Below are positions 1-18,447 of a stretch of 64,000 bases of DNA, one piece after another. Each line of letters starts with the position of its first letter. Within the stretch, counting starts at the first letter, position 1. The notes below the pieces were generated by a model. That model ran no database searches and had not been told where the DNA came from. It was given only the letters and a program-made list of their open reading frames with translations. A program made the translations under genes and the position numbers. The DNA is from the human T2T-CHM13v2.0 reference genome, Homo sapiens. The stretch lies in the NCBI RefSeq assembly GCF_009914755.1, contig NC_060946.1; one strand, given 5' to 3'.

Positions 1-700
1 ATATTCATGTCTTTCATTAGTGTAAGAACATTATTCCACTGTCTTTGAACTTACATTGTTGCAGATGAGTAATCCGGTATCAGCTTTCTTTTCTTTTATT
101 TTCTTTGTAAGTAGACTGTAATCTTTCTTTCTCTGAAAACATTTAGGATTTTCTCTTTAGAGCTCAGAATTGTCACCAGATTTTGTCTTTGTATTGATTT
201 TATCATTCATCTTTCTAGGACTTGGGGACTCTTCTCTACCAACACTTCCTTCTCTTGTTGATCTCACTCAGCCTCATGACTTTAAACATAATCTATGTGT
301 TAACTACTCCCAAATTTACCTAGACTCAATTGCTTCTTCAACATCTTCCCCTGGATGTCTAACACGCATTTCTAGTTTAACATGTCACCCCTTTGATCAG
401 ACAAATTAGGTATTTCTTTAGTTCAGAGACATTTTCTTCTATTATATCTTTAAAAGTATCATTTCTCTTCCAGTTACTCCTCTCTCTCCTTCCAAAGTTC
501 CAATTATTTGCACATAGCTCTGTTGGGTCTGTTCCTTCATGCCCCCTATCTTTTTGCTCATGATTTCCTTTTCTTTGCATTTCTGCTAAGTGCCCTGAGA
601 TAACCCAGCTCTGGCTTCCTTCTGGGAAAATTCAGTGGTCTTTCTCCTTCTCCTTGGTCTCCCTGAATAACTTTATACTCCTTTTCTTTCAACTGTCTCA
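1..700 (-). mobile_element. Old L1 (L1ME-like) fragment, interrupted at 229-387
   Basis: T-rich L1M antisense-type sequence; boundaries approximate. Confidence 0.6.
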
Positions 701-779
701 TTTCTAGGCTGCTGGAAAGACATGCTTCATCTACATATTCACCCCTTTCTCTGCCTTCTTTGATGGATGGCTTTCCTCT

Positions 780-3070
<2,291 letters not shown>

Positions 3071-3324
3071 CAACTACATGGTTCCTGACATTCCATATTC
3101 CCCAATTAATAGGTGTAAGGCCCTGAGTCAAGGCTCTTAACAGTTCTGTGTCTCTGTTTTCTCCTCTGTAAGGTAACTATAGCAAGAGCACCCATTCTAT
3201 AAGGATGCTGGGAGGATTAAATGGATTACTCGATATGTAGCACACGGAAGAGTGCCTGGCACATATGTGTTCAATTAACACATATGTGTTCAATTAACAC
3301 ATATGTGTTCAGTTATTATTATTA

Positions 3325-3703
3325 TTTATTTATTTTACTTTAAGTTCTGGGATACCTGTGCAGAACGTGCAGGTTCGTTACAGAGGTATACATGTGCCAT
3401 GGTGGTTTGCTGCACCCATCAACCCATCATCTAGGTTTTAAGCCCCACATGCATTAGGTGTTTTTCCTAATGCTCTCCCTCCCCTTGCCCCTCACCCCCC
3501 AACAGGCCCTGGTGTGTGATGTTCCCCTCCCTGTGTCCATGTGTTCTCATTGTTCAACTCCCACTTGTGGGTGACAACATGTAGTGTTTGGTTTTCTGTT
3601 CCTGTGTTAGTTTGCTGAGAAGGATGGTTTCCAGCTTCATCCATGTCCCTGCAAAGGACATGAATTCATTCTTTTTTATGGCTGCATAGTATTCCATGGT
3701 ATA
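3325..3703 (-). mobile_element. L1PA 3' end fragment
   Basis: Typical L1PA 3' UTR; ORF2 C-terminal peptide TMEYYAAIKKNEFMSFAGTWMKLETI in ORF 3554..3919. Confidence 0.93.
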
Positions 3704-4944
3704 TAACCAGCCTTGCCCTCTGAAGTTGTCCACCATGGAGATGTTAAAATTCTGAAAGTTGAGTACCGGAGGAAAAAGGTTCAACCACAGAGTTGGTGAC
3801 CAGAAGCCACCCCTAACCTCCCTGCCAGGCTCTTTGGGCCCCTGTGCACTGCATCTGTAACACAGCACAGTGGCCCCTGCCCAGGCTGGTGGAAACAACA
3901 CTTGGTGAAGAATGGGCACCAGGACCAGGTCTGCATCTACTAGCTGTCTGACATTAGGCCAGTTACTTGATCTTTCTGAGCCTCAATTTTCCTTCTTTAA
4001 AATGGAGATAATATCTGCCTGCCTCCCTCACAGGGGAGGGTCACAGGACACACTGATGCCCAAATACATCTACATCATATTCGGTGTACATGACTGGCCA
4101 TTTCAAATACCCTACAAAAGATGAACAATGCCCATTATTCATTTTCAAGCTTGGGGACTATATTAAACAATGCACACTGCACATGGAGATTACCCGTGAG
4201 TCTCTGTGGTATTCATTCATTCCCAAAGCAAATGGTCATTCATGACATTTGTGCTACAGTTTTACTGGCCAAGGAAGACACTCAGAAACGAACCTAGATC
4301 TCTCTTCCAATGGTCAAAATTAGAAAGGGGAGAGGGAGTACATTTCTTAGGCAGCTGCTGCTTGGAAGCAGGTTTGTTTGAGGGTTGGGGAGCACAGCCG
4401 TTTAATGTGGGAAGGGTGGTTGTGTGCATGAGGCTGCACTAGGCTGTCTGGAGAGCAGTTTTAGCCCAGAGAGGATGGGGCAAAACCCTCCTAGGACATC
4501 TGAAAAAGCCATTAAGCCTGGAAGAAAGGATCCTACATTGGAAAATAGACCTTTTCTGCTAGAAACTTCCCTCATTCTTTCTGTCCCTGAGGATAGTGCT
4601 GGGCCACAGGGGGGGAGAAAAGCAGGACCAGAAGGTCAAGAAATGCTGCAGATGTTGGTGTTGTTTTGTTCTTCTTCTTTCTTTTTCTTTTCTTTTTTTT
4701 TTTTTTCAAGAGGAGGGAGGCAGGTATGAGGGAGATCAAGGCAGCCCTAGGGAGTATCTAACAAAATGGAGAACCCTGGTGTGACCCCAGATACAGATGT
4801 GGAGTGAGCCTGGGGCTTCCAGAAGGGCAGAATCAGAGGTAGGAGCTGTCCCATCTCGGGCAAGCTTCCTTGTCCTTCCAGAACAAGGGTCAGCAAAGCT
4901 TTTTTGTATAGGGACATGAGATAGGCTGAAAAGTGATCCGCCTC

Positions 4945-5942
<998 letters not shown>

Positions 5943-6576
5943 TCAAAAGAGGTGGGAATTACAGATTTTTATGAGAAATTTTCTGGATGTAATTGTTGGT
6001 AGCTATCTTCAATTCTGGTTGATGTCATGCAGACTGAAGAAAAACACATCTGTTCAGCCATATCTAGCCCTTGAGCCTCCAATTTGCACCCACTGGTCTA
6101 TTGTATGCTGGGCTCTGGGCTGGGCCTTGAGGACAGTGTCTGTTCATAAGAGGATCATGGTCAAGTGAGGGAGACAGACACACTGATGCAGTGAAGTATT
6201 ACAGGGCCTGCAACTGAATTAGGTAGAGGGTACTATGGGGGAGGAAGGGTTGCTTCTATCTGAAGAGGAAGGAGGGAGAGTGAGGAAGGGCTGCAGGGAG
6301 AACTGATATCCAAAGTGAGTCTTGCAAGATGAGCTGGAGTCAGAAGTGGACAAGGTTTGGAACGGAACTGCCAGTAGGAGGGCTGGTAGAAGCAAAGGAA
6401 GGGAGATCTGGGGAAGCAGAATGTGTCTGAGGAGCAAGAAGTTCCAGTGTGTGCTGGTCCCAAGGGCAGGAAAGAAAAGAGTGAGATGGGCTTGGAGGGA
6501 GAGGAAGGGAGGGTCTTGATGGGATAGCCATGAATGGATCTTGGATTGATCCTGGGGACAAGAAAAACCATGAGGG

Positions 6577-6915
6577 TTTGTTATGAATTGAAAAATGTAA
6601 CCTCCAAAAAGATATGCTCAATCCCTCACCCTTGGTCCCTGTAAATGTGACCTTATTTGGAAATAGGGTCTTTGCAAATGTAATCAAGTTAGAATGAAGT
6701 CAGTGGATTAGGGCGGGCTTTAATCCAATGACTGGTGTCCTCATAAGAAGAGGAAATTTGGACACAGACACACAGAGAATGCCGTGTGATGATGGAGGTA
6801 GAGGTTAAAATTGGGAATGCCCAGGATTGCTAGCAACCACCAGAAACTGGAAGAGATAAGGAAGGACCCTCCTCCCCTCGAGTCTTCACAGAGATGAAGC
6901 CCTGTCCACACTCTG
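6577..6915 (+). mobile_element. MLT1B-like LTR
   Basis: GTGACCTTATTTGGAAATAGGGTCTTTGCA. Confidence 0.8.
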
Positions 6916-7016
6916 GAGGCAAGAAGACTGGGTAGGGTGCTGTTGGAACACCACAGGCAAGAGTTTTCAGGAGCCTCAAATAAGGCTCACCCTCTCCTCT
7001 GTTTTAAGCATTGCAC

Positions 7017-7272
7017 TTTTTTTTTTTTCTTTTCCCGATATGGAGTTTTCTTGCCCAGGCTGGAGTGCAATGGCGCACGATCTCAGCTCACCGCAAGCTC
7101 CGCCTCCGGGGTTCAAGCGATTCTCCCGCCTCAGCCTCCCGAGTAGCTGGGATTACAGGCATGTGCCACCACACCTGGCTAATTTTGTACTTTTAGTAGA
7201 GATGGGGTTTCTCCATGTTGGTCAGGCTGGTCTTCTCCTGACCTCAGGTGATCCACCCGCCTCAGCCTCCCA
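7017..7272 (-). mobile_element. Alu (AluSp-like), 5'-truncated
   Basis: TSD TTGCACTTTT. Confidence 0.93.
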
Positions 7273-7439
7273 GCTTTGCACTTTTAAATGGGCAGAGTGT
7301 TTAGAAACTGAACAGGGGTCTTGTCTGGTTACCCATTCCACTCATTCAACAAATGCTGAGGGCCTCCGTGGAGCTGAGGCAGATAAGACAAATGCCAATC
7401 CTGAAGAAGGCCCCCAGCTTCCTCCTCTGACCTATCTGT

Positions 7440-7808
7440 CTCAGCCTGCTTGGACAGCCATAAACTTAGCAGCAGATTTTATTTTCTCATAGTTCTGGAG
7501 GCTGGATGTCCAAGATCAAGGCTCTGGCTGGTGAGGGCTCTCTTGCTGGCTTGTAGACAGCCACCTTCTCACTGTGTCCTCATGTAGCCTTTCCTTGGTG
7601 TGCATGCAGGAGTGTGGAGAGGTGGACTAGGGAGCAAGTTCTCTAGAGTTTCTTCTTATAAGGACACTAATCCTATGAGATCAGGGTCCCACCCTTCTGA
7701 CCTTGTCTAATCTAACTACCTCCTTACAGGCCCTATCACTAAATACAGCTGCACTGGAGGTTGAGGCTTCAACATGAATTTTGGGGGGACATAATTCAGT
7801 CCTTAGCA
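7440..7808 (-). mobile_element. MLT1A-like LTR
   Basis: CATAGTTCTGGAGGCTGGATGTCCAAGATCAAGG...TCTTATAAGGACACTAATCC. Confidence 0.78.
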
Positions 7809-8249
7809 GCATCTGAGCCACAAACACCTGTGGAATGCCAAGAGAGTGGTGACCTGGTCCTCCCTGTTCCCACTTCCCATAGCAGATAACTGTCGACGAG
7901 GAGGGTGACTGAGGCAAAAGTACCCCTTCTCCTTTGCATTGCAGTAGAGGATACATGTATCCTTAGCCTAATGCATCCTCCAGTCTGCACAACCCAGAAG
8001 GGTGGCCCCAGTCATACAAACTTGGCAACACTCAAACAACCCACCAACCTCAAGGTATCATGGTAGTATAGCCATAAGTCCTTGAGATCAGGAGTTCTGC
8101 TGCCAAGGCTACATTCTGCCACTTCTTGGATGTGACCCTTTGAGATAATCCCTCTCCACCTCTCAGAGCCTCAGTTTCCCTTTATGTAAAACAGGATGAT
8201 TAACAATCATAGCTACTGTTTCTAAGTACCTACTAAGGGCTTAGTATCT

Positions 8250-8780
8250 GTTGTCAGCTGAAAAATGGCCTTCCAAAATATATTCATGCCTAATTCCTGA
8301 AACCTGTGAATGTTACCTCCTGTGGCCAAGAAAAAGGAAGTGGCAGGGGGCTGTAGGGGGTAGAGGTTTGCCTATGTGATTAAATGAAGGACCTAGAGAT
8401 CAGGAGATTATCCTAGATCACCCAGGTGGGCCCTAAATACGATCATGTGTATCCTTATACGAGGCAGGCAGAGAGAGATCTGGTGCCCGCAGAGAGAGAG
8501 ATCTGGTGCCCTCACAGAGGACGAGGCCAGGCAGATGGCAGCAGAGGTCAGAGCTTTGTGTCCACAAGCCAAGGAACTTGGACAGTCATCAGAAACAGGA
8601 AAGGATCTCCCCTAGAGCCTCTAGAGGGAGCACAACCCTGGCGACACCCTTTTTTTTTCAGCCCAGTGAGACCAGTTTGGGACTTCTGGCCTCCAGAAAT
8701 GTGAGGGAATAAATTTCTGTCATTTTAAGTCACTTGGTGAATGGTACTTTGTTATGGCAGCCCAAGGAAAGAAACACACA
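8250..8780 (+). mobile_element. MLT1D-like LTR
   Basis: AACCTGTGAATGTTACC...GACTTCTGGCCTCCAGAA...AATAAATTTCTG. Confidence 0.8.
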
Positions 8781-10722
8781 CCCATTATCTCGATAAATCC
8801 TCAGAGTCACCCATGAGGCAATAAGATAGTCATGCCTTACCAGGTGCCAGGTAGTGTTCATTCAATATTCACAACAGCACTAGGAGGCAGATACTGTCAA
8901 CATCCCATTTTACAGATTAAGAATTGCCACCCAGAGAAGTGATGTAGCTTGCCTAAGGTCACACAGCGGGCACCTGTGCCAGGCTTTGAATGAAGGGTCT
9001 GGCTCCAAGTTGCTGCCTTAGGCCACCTTGAGGCGAGCTCTTTGCACCAGAACGGATGCTCTGTTTCCTGAGCCAGTCACGCAGCCTTGAGCAATGGCTT
9101 ACCATGCTCCCTCTGCACTACCCTAAGTGGCTTATTCTGGGATCCTATGAGGATCAGATGGGACAGAGGGCATGAAAAGCATTTTGTAAACTGTAAAGTG
9201 CAGTGCACGGAGAAGGCATAAGAATTCAAAGTGGAAGCAAACCTGCTTACCTAGCTGGCCATGGCAAGGCTACCCTGGTCATCACTGAGATAGGTGGGGA
9301 CACCAGCAGCAGGAGCCGCCCCCTATCCCTTGAGCACACACAGGAAAGTTTCTAAGCCTCGAAGTGCCCGTGGGTGAACTCACAGATGTTACCACCCAGA
9401 ACCACAATGCTGACCTCACAGCATGATCACTGGAAGTCACGTGAGTTCTTCAAGCCTGAATCCAGCCTTGTACCAGCTCATCAGCACCTGCTCCCCACCT
9501 GCCCTTCTCCGTGGCTTTCAAATTCAGAACCAGTTCCTCCCAGAATCACATAATTTCTTTAGCTGTAATGACTCCTTCATTCCACAGAGAAGGAGACAGG
9601 CAGGAACATTTAGTGACCCATCGAAGACCACACAGCTAGTATATTCTATCGAAAGCATCCTTCGTGTCCCAACTGTGGGTCTCGGTATTCCCAGCTCCCC
9701 ATTCATCTCAGGCAGCTAGAAATTCTTTCTGGTTGGGAGAATCCTAAAAAGGGGAAACTGGCATATGGGCACATTAGATTTCATTTCATGGCCTGTAGCC
9801 AGCCTGCTCCTTCTTTTTTTTTATCCAATTATTATCACACAGAAACCTGTTTAGGAAGAAAAGTCCCTACTCGGTGCAATATTGTCCCCAGTATGTTGGT
9901 AGGGACTTTACTTCAGTGGATCTGTCAGAGCCCCAGATGCCAAGTCTATCTAAACATTCTATCATCAGTTCATCATTTTTGCATCCATCCATCCCTCATT
10001 CACTGAGCCTCCTGAGCTCCTGTGTGTCGGGTACCGTGCTAGACACTGGGATATAAAGAATATCCCCAAAGAACCCTCAGATTTACAGGGAGAGAGGGAA
10101 GAAAATAAATAATAGCAGCATTTCTGAAACTCACATATTAGCTTTTCTTGCTTATGATTTTTGTCATTTTCTTGTTATAGTTTACTCTTCATATTTACTT
10201 AGTATTTTCTTTGAATTAACTCTTTTTTTTGTCTTACTTAAATGCTAGCTTTGGGTTCACCCTAAGCAATAATATCCATGAATTCATGGATTTAATTGGC
10301 TAGTTTTTTCTGACTACATGTTGTACTAAAAAGTTTAACTATTAAAGAAAGAGTTCCTGGGATGCCACCTAAAACCATCCTGCATCTCAGAGGTATGTGA
10401 GGCTTCCAGTGAGAAACACTACATTATTGCTAAGGAGGCCCCTACGTGTTAGAATAGAGTCTGCCAGCTGCCACTCCAAGAGGACAATGCTTTTATCCTA
10501 TCAAGTGCTGGCTGGTGAAGACACATTAGGATTAATGGTTTGATAAACAACATCTCAAGGCAGGACATTCTATGGCAGGAAGCAGATAAGTCTGTGCCTT
10601 TCACTCAAGGATCTCAGAAACATTAACTTCTCAGTTTTCATGCCCTCTAAGTGGGAGACAAGGCTATTCTCATGCCTCATTTCCTAGCTACAGGAAAAGG
10701 TGATCTGTGATGTAAGACTGCA

Positions 10723-11014
<292 letters not shown>

Positions 11015-11600
11015 AAGACTGCATTTTTTTAATCTCCTGTTTCCATCACAACACAATGACGGATGATATTCCCATGGGAGCCAGTATCAGGGTTTACGCT
11101 GAGTGAAGCGGAATCCCTAGGACTTGCATTTAACTGCAGCGTCACCGAAGAAAGTGCGTCAAAATGCAAGCAAAAGAGGATGACATTATTTTGAAGACAA
11201 CCTTCAACATACCTTAATTTGTTTCTTAATAAGAAAGCAACACACAAACTCCAGGACTTTTACTATCAATAATAAAAACTGATTTGTAACACTTTGCTCC
11301 AAATAAATGAATATACCATTGTATTGGGTACTTCTCATTTCCTTTATTAATTTATTCCATAAATATTTATTGAGCACCTCTTACGTGCCCAGCTTGCCTT
11401 AGGCACTGGGGTTAGAACGATGGCTCAAGACAGACATAGTCCCTACCTTCATACTACTAGTGAGGAAGGCTGACATTAATCAAATAATCATCCAAATGAA
11501 TGTAAAATGTAATGTAAATCCAAATGAATGTAAAATGTGATGTGTGGCCACAGAGGATTGATAGGAATGGTGAATGATGGATTTAAAATATGAAGCAACC

Positions 11601-11932
<332 letters not shown>

Positions 11933-12427
11933 TCACTAGTCACCCCTCATTAAGTTTCTTCCACAAACCAGATTGTCTCATTTAATCTTCGCTGCAACTC
12001 TCCGAAGCGGGCATTATTATTCCCACTTTACAAGAGAGGAAACCTTGGCTCTGAGCAGTGTAATGACTTACCCAAGGGCACTCAGCTGGCTAGTTGCAGA
12101 GCTGGGAATCAAACCCAAGCTGTGCTTTTCTCCCAAATGCCCAGTCTCCCCAGGAGATGCATGAATAGGAAAAACAGGACCTTACATACTTTGCAGGTTA
12201 CTACCGTGATGTCCTTGCTAGCAACTCCTCCACGCTTTAGTACCATCAAGGGTCCAGGTTGGGCAAGTACTCGAACCTCCATTCTGCCCTGGGATAACCT
12301 GGGCAGAAAAGCCAAACACGGCAGGGGAGCAGGAACAAAGCGCTCCCTTTTATGGTGAGGCGGTGCAAACCTCTGCATCTGCCTCCAGGCCTTGCCAAGG
12401 CCCACAGAGAAATGGCCTGCCCTAAAG

Positions 12428-12540
12428 ATTGCAGTGAGCTGAGATTGCGCCACTGCACTCCAGCCTGGGTGACAGAGTGAGATTCCGTCTCAAAAAAAAA
12501 AAAAAAAAAAAAAAAAGAGAGAGAAAAAAAGAGAAAAAAA
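12428..12540 (+). mobile_element. Severely 5'-truncated Alu (last ~63 nt plus tail)
   Basis: Alu 3' end plus long A-tail, TSD AGAAATGGCCTGCCCT. Confidence 0.92.
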
Positions 12541-13322
12541 CAGAAATGGCCTGCCCTGACTGAGCCCGAAGCCTTCTGCCCTGATCTCTGCTTTTCTTTG
12601 TGTACCTGTCTGGTTACAAAGGAAGCAGCTGCCAGCTCACTGGTGTGGGACGCCATGTCTGGTCTGTGCTTTGCTGAACTGTGCTGGAATTTCACGGGCT
12701 GAAGCTGGCCCTGGGGGGTGCCGGGAGGTGAATGAGAGAAGTGTCTCAGGAGTGTTGTTCTGGGGGCTAAAATTACAGGTGATCGGACAACTGCTGTAGG
12801 AGATGGAGACAGAGCAGCACCTGAGTTGACTCTAAAACCAGAGGGCCTCTGTGCAGTGCGCTGTTGGCCGCTCTGGTTTCCTTTTCGCATCTCTGCAGCT
12901 CTTGGTATTTTCTACCTGTGTTATCAGAGAATCTCTGGCTGAGGACCCTGGAAATTTCTGCCCCCATCTCCACCCTTGGAAGCCTTTCCACAAAGAGCTT
13001 TGTAATTCACCAGGTGCCTTGCATATGGGAGGGATTACACCTTGACCTCAAATATTTGCTGTTTTCGTCACTGGCTCAGAGCCTGGGCACTGAAATAACA
13101 CTGCATGGTTGGAATCCTGGCTCCCTGACTTACCAGCTGCATGACCTTGGACAATCTACTGAACTTCCTGTGCCTTAGTTTCTTTATCCTTAAAATGGAG
13201 GTAATAATAATATTAACCACAATGTAGGCTTGTTATTATAAGGATTAAATGATTTCATGTAGGTAAGGCACTTAGCAGTACCCAGCGTAATAAGCACTTA
13301 ATGAGAGCAACTTGGTATTATT

Positions 13323-13550
13323 GCCTGCCTGCCTGCCTTCCTTGCTTCCTTCCTTCCTTCCTTCCTTTCCTTCCTTCCTTCCTTCCTTCCTTCCTTCCTT
13401 CCTTCCTTCCTTCCTTCCTTCCTTCCCTCCTTCCTCTCTCTCACCCCCTTCTTTCTTTCTTTCTCTCTCTCTTTTTTCTTTCTTTCCCCTCCCTCCCTCC
13501 CTCCCTTCCATCCTCCCTTCCTCCCTTCTTCCTTCTCTGCATCCCTCCTT
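13323..13550 (+). repeat. (CCTG)n-(CCTT)n-CT-rich polypyrimidine microsatellite
   Basis: Read directly from the sequence. Confidence 0.95.
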
Positions 13551-14020
13551 TCAATAAACAAATCCTTTTAAATTGTATAAAGCCCTGGAACTACCAAGAC
13601 CTGCAAGGCTCAATAGCTCGTAGTCTTGTCCAAGGTTCCACAGACAGAAAATGGACTCACTGGGAAGTGCCATCTTTTAGGAATTCACTCTTATCTGACT
13701 CCTCCATCATCCTCCCTCTCACCCTCATGGTGCCTAGCATAGTACCTTATAGAACAAGTACATCCTCAATAAATCCCTGAGAGCCTGAATAGATGATGGT
13801 GGTTAAGGACACAAAGCTTAGGGAGCAAGGCTATGTGGGTTTAAATCCTGACTCTATCACCAATAGGCTACATGGCCTTGGACGAGTTACCTAACCTCTC
13901 TGGGTTTCAGTTTTCCCCACCTATAAATTGGCATTACGATAATGCACTTACCCCACAGGGCTGGGCTCAGGCTTAAAGGAATTAATAATAAAATGTTTAT
14001 ATCAGTGCTTGGCACATAGT

Positions 14021-14100
14021 AGGTGTTACTTAGGTGTTTGCTATTATTATTATATTAGCAAACACCTAAGGAGGTGTTACTTAGGTGTTTGCTAATATTA
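14021..14100. repeat. Direct-inverted-direct micro-triplication
   Basis: AGGTGTTACTTAGGTGTTTGCTA at 14021 and 14072, with ATATTAGCAAACACCTAAG (inverted) between them. Confidence 0.92.
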
Positions 14101-14501
14101 TTATTATTATTAATATTATTATTATTATTGTTGTTGTTGTTGATTGGCTGAGCTAGGGCTGAGACACAATTGCTATTTGAGAGTCTCCCAGTTCATTTTC
14201 TGATACTTTTCTCCTCCAGAACTGCCTTAGGATTCTTGGGCACAGAGAATTGGATTACTGAGTAGATTTACAGCAGACTATGCTTCTCCTCCTCCTTTTT
14301 CATTCTCTTACAAAACAGTTTTCTTTTTTAAACAGAACAGACAAGCAATGTCAAAGATTTCTTATTTCGCAATGAAGTTTTCCTTCCATGTGTTCTCCTC
14401 TTTCTATCTTCTCAGAAGGTTGTTTTTTCCCCTTCAGAACTTTTTTTCTGAAGGAAAATTCCATAGTAAGAAGGAAACAAAATAAGTTTCAGGCTCTGTA
14501 A

Positions 14502-14928
<427 letters not shown>

Positions 14929-14939
14929 AGGCCTTGTAA

Positions 14940-15243
<304 letters not shown>

Positions 15244-16569
15244 CAGGCCTTGTAATTGTAGCAGAGGATTTGGCTTCCCTCAGCCTATGGATCTGCGCCC
15301 TGAAGGATGAACAGGAATTAGTGAAGCAATTCTCTATTGAGAAGGAGCAATTCTCTATTGAGAAGCAACTCTCTATTGAGAGGAGTTAGTTAAGCACTTC
15401 TCATTGAAGCTTCCCAGAGAGTAGTGAGACCAGAACCTGTTATTCCCATTAAACGGTATGGGAATTGAAGATCTGGGGAAGCCAGGTACTTAATCTTAGT
15501 CCACAGCAGAGAACTAAGCTCAATGACCCCCTTCTTATCTTTACTTAGCTTCTCGGACAGTCACTAAGACCGGGTTTCTCCTGTGCTTCCTCTCTTGATG
15601 CAGGTTTATATTGCCTGGATGCCTGACTTGGAAGTTCATGGTACAGTTCAGGGCCTTGAAACAAGTGAGTATGACAAATAACAGACCTGTGGCCTCAGTT
15701 GGAGAGACAATACAGAAGGCTGTCCACTGGGACGGGTTGGAGTACACTTGCTTCATCTAACCTGGACAGCATCTTCTAAGCCCCTGCTAAGTAATTCCTT
15801 GCAATGTGGGCCCGGAGCTTCTGGTTTTTCAGGAGAAGCTGGAAACTGGAATTACTGAAAATCTGAATTTTTCTGAAAGTTTGTGAATTACCTTTTAAAA
15901 TGCGGCATGAACCAAACACAAGGCATCTGTGGGCCAAATCCAGCCTTGAGATTGCTAGTTTTTACATGGTTTTTAATCTTGGGATTTAAGGGGGCTTAGA
16001 GGATGTCTTGTCCACTGTTCTTTACCATGCTGGAATCCCCTGTGCGCCGTCTCTGAAATACAGTTGTTCAGCCTCCAACTGAAATACCCCTGCTCTCTCC
16101 TGCTAGGAGTTTGAAATTCACCAGAACTCACAGTTTTACTTGCTCTTTATCATTATAAACCCCTAATCTACCACCTGGCAGCTTTTACCCTTTGGTCCTA
16201 GTGTCTTTTGGGGGAAACTAAACAAACCAATCTCATCTTTGGCACAAACCAATCTCATCTTTGGCATGAATTCTGCAGCCAAACTGCCTGGATTCGACTC
16301 CCAGCAATACTATAACTGTGTCGTGGTAGGCATGTGACTTGAACTATCTGTGCCTCAGTTTCCTTACCTGTAAAAAGGGGATGATAATGGTATTTACCTT
16401 ACAAAGTTGGATGAGGTTTAAGTGAGCTAATATATTCAAAAGTCCTTGGAAAGGCAATATAAGTGTTTGTTATTTTTTCCTCTTTCTCAGGTTAAACTTT
16501 GCAAGTGCTTCCAACTATCTCCAGACCCTGTGTTTTCTGGGGCTTTTGTCATTCTCTCTACTCTGTTTG

Positions 16570-17118
16570 GAGGGTGAGCCAACGTGGCTCCCTTGATCCC
16601 TGACTCTTGGTATTCACAGCCTTGCCTAATTCCTCCACCTTGAGTGATGGTGGGGCTTGTGATATGCCTTTAACCAATAGAACATGGCGCAGGTGACAGG
16701 GCATATGCGATTATATGAATATGAACAATCATGTTACATGAGGCTGGAATGCCCATCTTGGGAGGAGGCACTTTTTCCTGCTGGCTTTGAAGAAGCAGGT
16801 TGCCGCATGGTGAGCTGCCTGTGGAGATAATCACATGGCAAGAAAATGAGGGTGAATTCCAGCTCACAGCCAGGTAGAAACTGAGGAACCAAATGTTGCC
16901 ATCAATCAAGTGAGTGAGGAAGTAGGTGCTTCCTCAGTCAAGTTCCAGATGAAACTGCAGCCCTGGCTGACATCTTAGTTTCAGCCTTGCAGAGGAGCCA
17001 GCTAAGCCATGTCCAGACTCTTGTCTCACAGAAATCATGAGATAATAAATATGTGTTATGGTAAGCTGCAGAGTGTATGGCAACATTGTCATGCAGCAAT
17101 ACATAGGTAACTAACAAC
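16570..17118 (+). mobile_element. Old MLT1 (F/G-like) LTR
   Basis: GCTGGCTTTGAAGAAGCA...CAGATGAAACTGCAGCCCTGGCTGAC...GCAGCAATA. Confidence 0.7.
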
Positions 17119-18421
17119 AATGGTAACTCTCCCTCACCTACCTTACTTTGGAAGTTCTCTACTTATGTCAGTGTCCTATTTAAAACAGAAGTTCTGGAAG
17201 AGAACAGCATATCGCAGCAGGCATTATTTGCACACTGCATGAGCTGTGGCCATAAAATAATGTTGCTGATTTTCTAATGGGCACGAGAGAACAAATGCAT
17301 GCAAATGCTCCTGTTTATACCAGGGCAGGGCTTGAGCCCCAACTGTGCACAAAGCACTGGGCTGGATCTTCTGAGACAGAGGAGCCTTCTCTCCCCTTCC
17401 TGCCTCCAGGTATGATCACTTGGTACAAGTGATGGTGGCAGCTGATCTGTTTTCCTTCCTAATTCTCTTCCCTCTTTTGTTACTTTTCTTTATTGAAGAG
17501 GAGGCAGAGGAAGAAAAAAAAAAAGGACAAAAAAAAACCAGGTGAATGCATATAGTCTGTTACAGCTGGAGGGGATGAGAGGGGTCAGTCGGTGCAGCTC
17601 TGGGGTCAGTCGGTGCAGCTCTTGTTGTGGAGGGTTATACAGAGACTCCATGGCTCCTAAGTGATAGAGCCAGAGTTAGAACGTCTTTGACACTTGGCCC
17701 AGGGCTCTTTCCTTCAATTACAACTTGCCATTTTTTTCCTTGTGAGTACTAGGAAGTTGACACCATGCTTCCGGGTAGAGTCTTGGGTGTTACATGTTGT
17801 CAGAGGGTCCCTCGTACTTTCTTTTTGTTCTTGGCCAAAGGGATCCCCTTCTCTGAACCTCAGTCTCCTTCTCTGTAAGATGGAGTCCTGGGGGGCTGAT
17901 GGAATAACACATGCTGGCTCCCAGCAAGTGGGAGAGAAGCACTTGGCTTGCTCCCATTAGTGTGTTCTTCTGCAAGGATTTCAAATGCTCGTGCATCCCA
18001 CTGTGCATTCAAGTGTTGGGAAAACATTTATTGTGCCTGACATTTTCCCAGAGAGTGTTTTCTCAGATTAAAAGAAAGTAGTCAAACTTTCCCCTTCTCT
18101 GATTACCTTAACTGAAGGAGACCCTATATGCTCCACATCCCACAAGTTACTCTGTCTTATCATCTTCATTGCACTCATGGCCCGCTGAGATGGTTTATCC
18201 ATCTGTTTCTGTGTCCACCAGGCCAACACAAGCTCTCTCAGCTCTCAGAACAGGACTGCGTCTGTCTTGCTTCCTGCTCTGTCTCTGTACCCAGAACAGG
18301 GTCAGGCCTGGTGTAGGGGCTCAGTAAATAAAGCCTGAATGAATGACAGAACCTGTCTTGCTTTTGCCTATGAGACTTGGCCTGAGAAGAAGGAGAAATC
18401 CAAGGAATTCAAACCACTTCA

Positions 18422-18447
18422 AAGAAGAAGAAGAAGAAGAAGAAGAA
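18422..18447 (+). repeat. (GAA)n, about 8 units
   Basis: Read directly from the sequence. Confidence 0.9.

Noticed and set aside
3554-3919. L1 ORF2-like peptide
   Set aside because: A short, dead 3' fragment of L1PA, not a gene.
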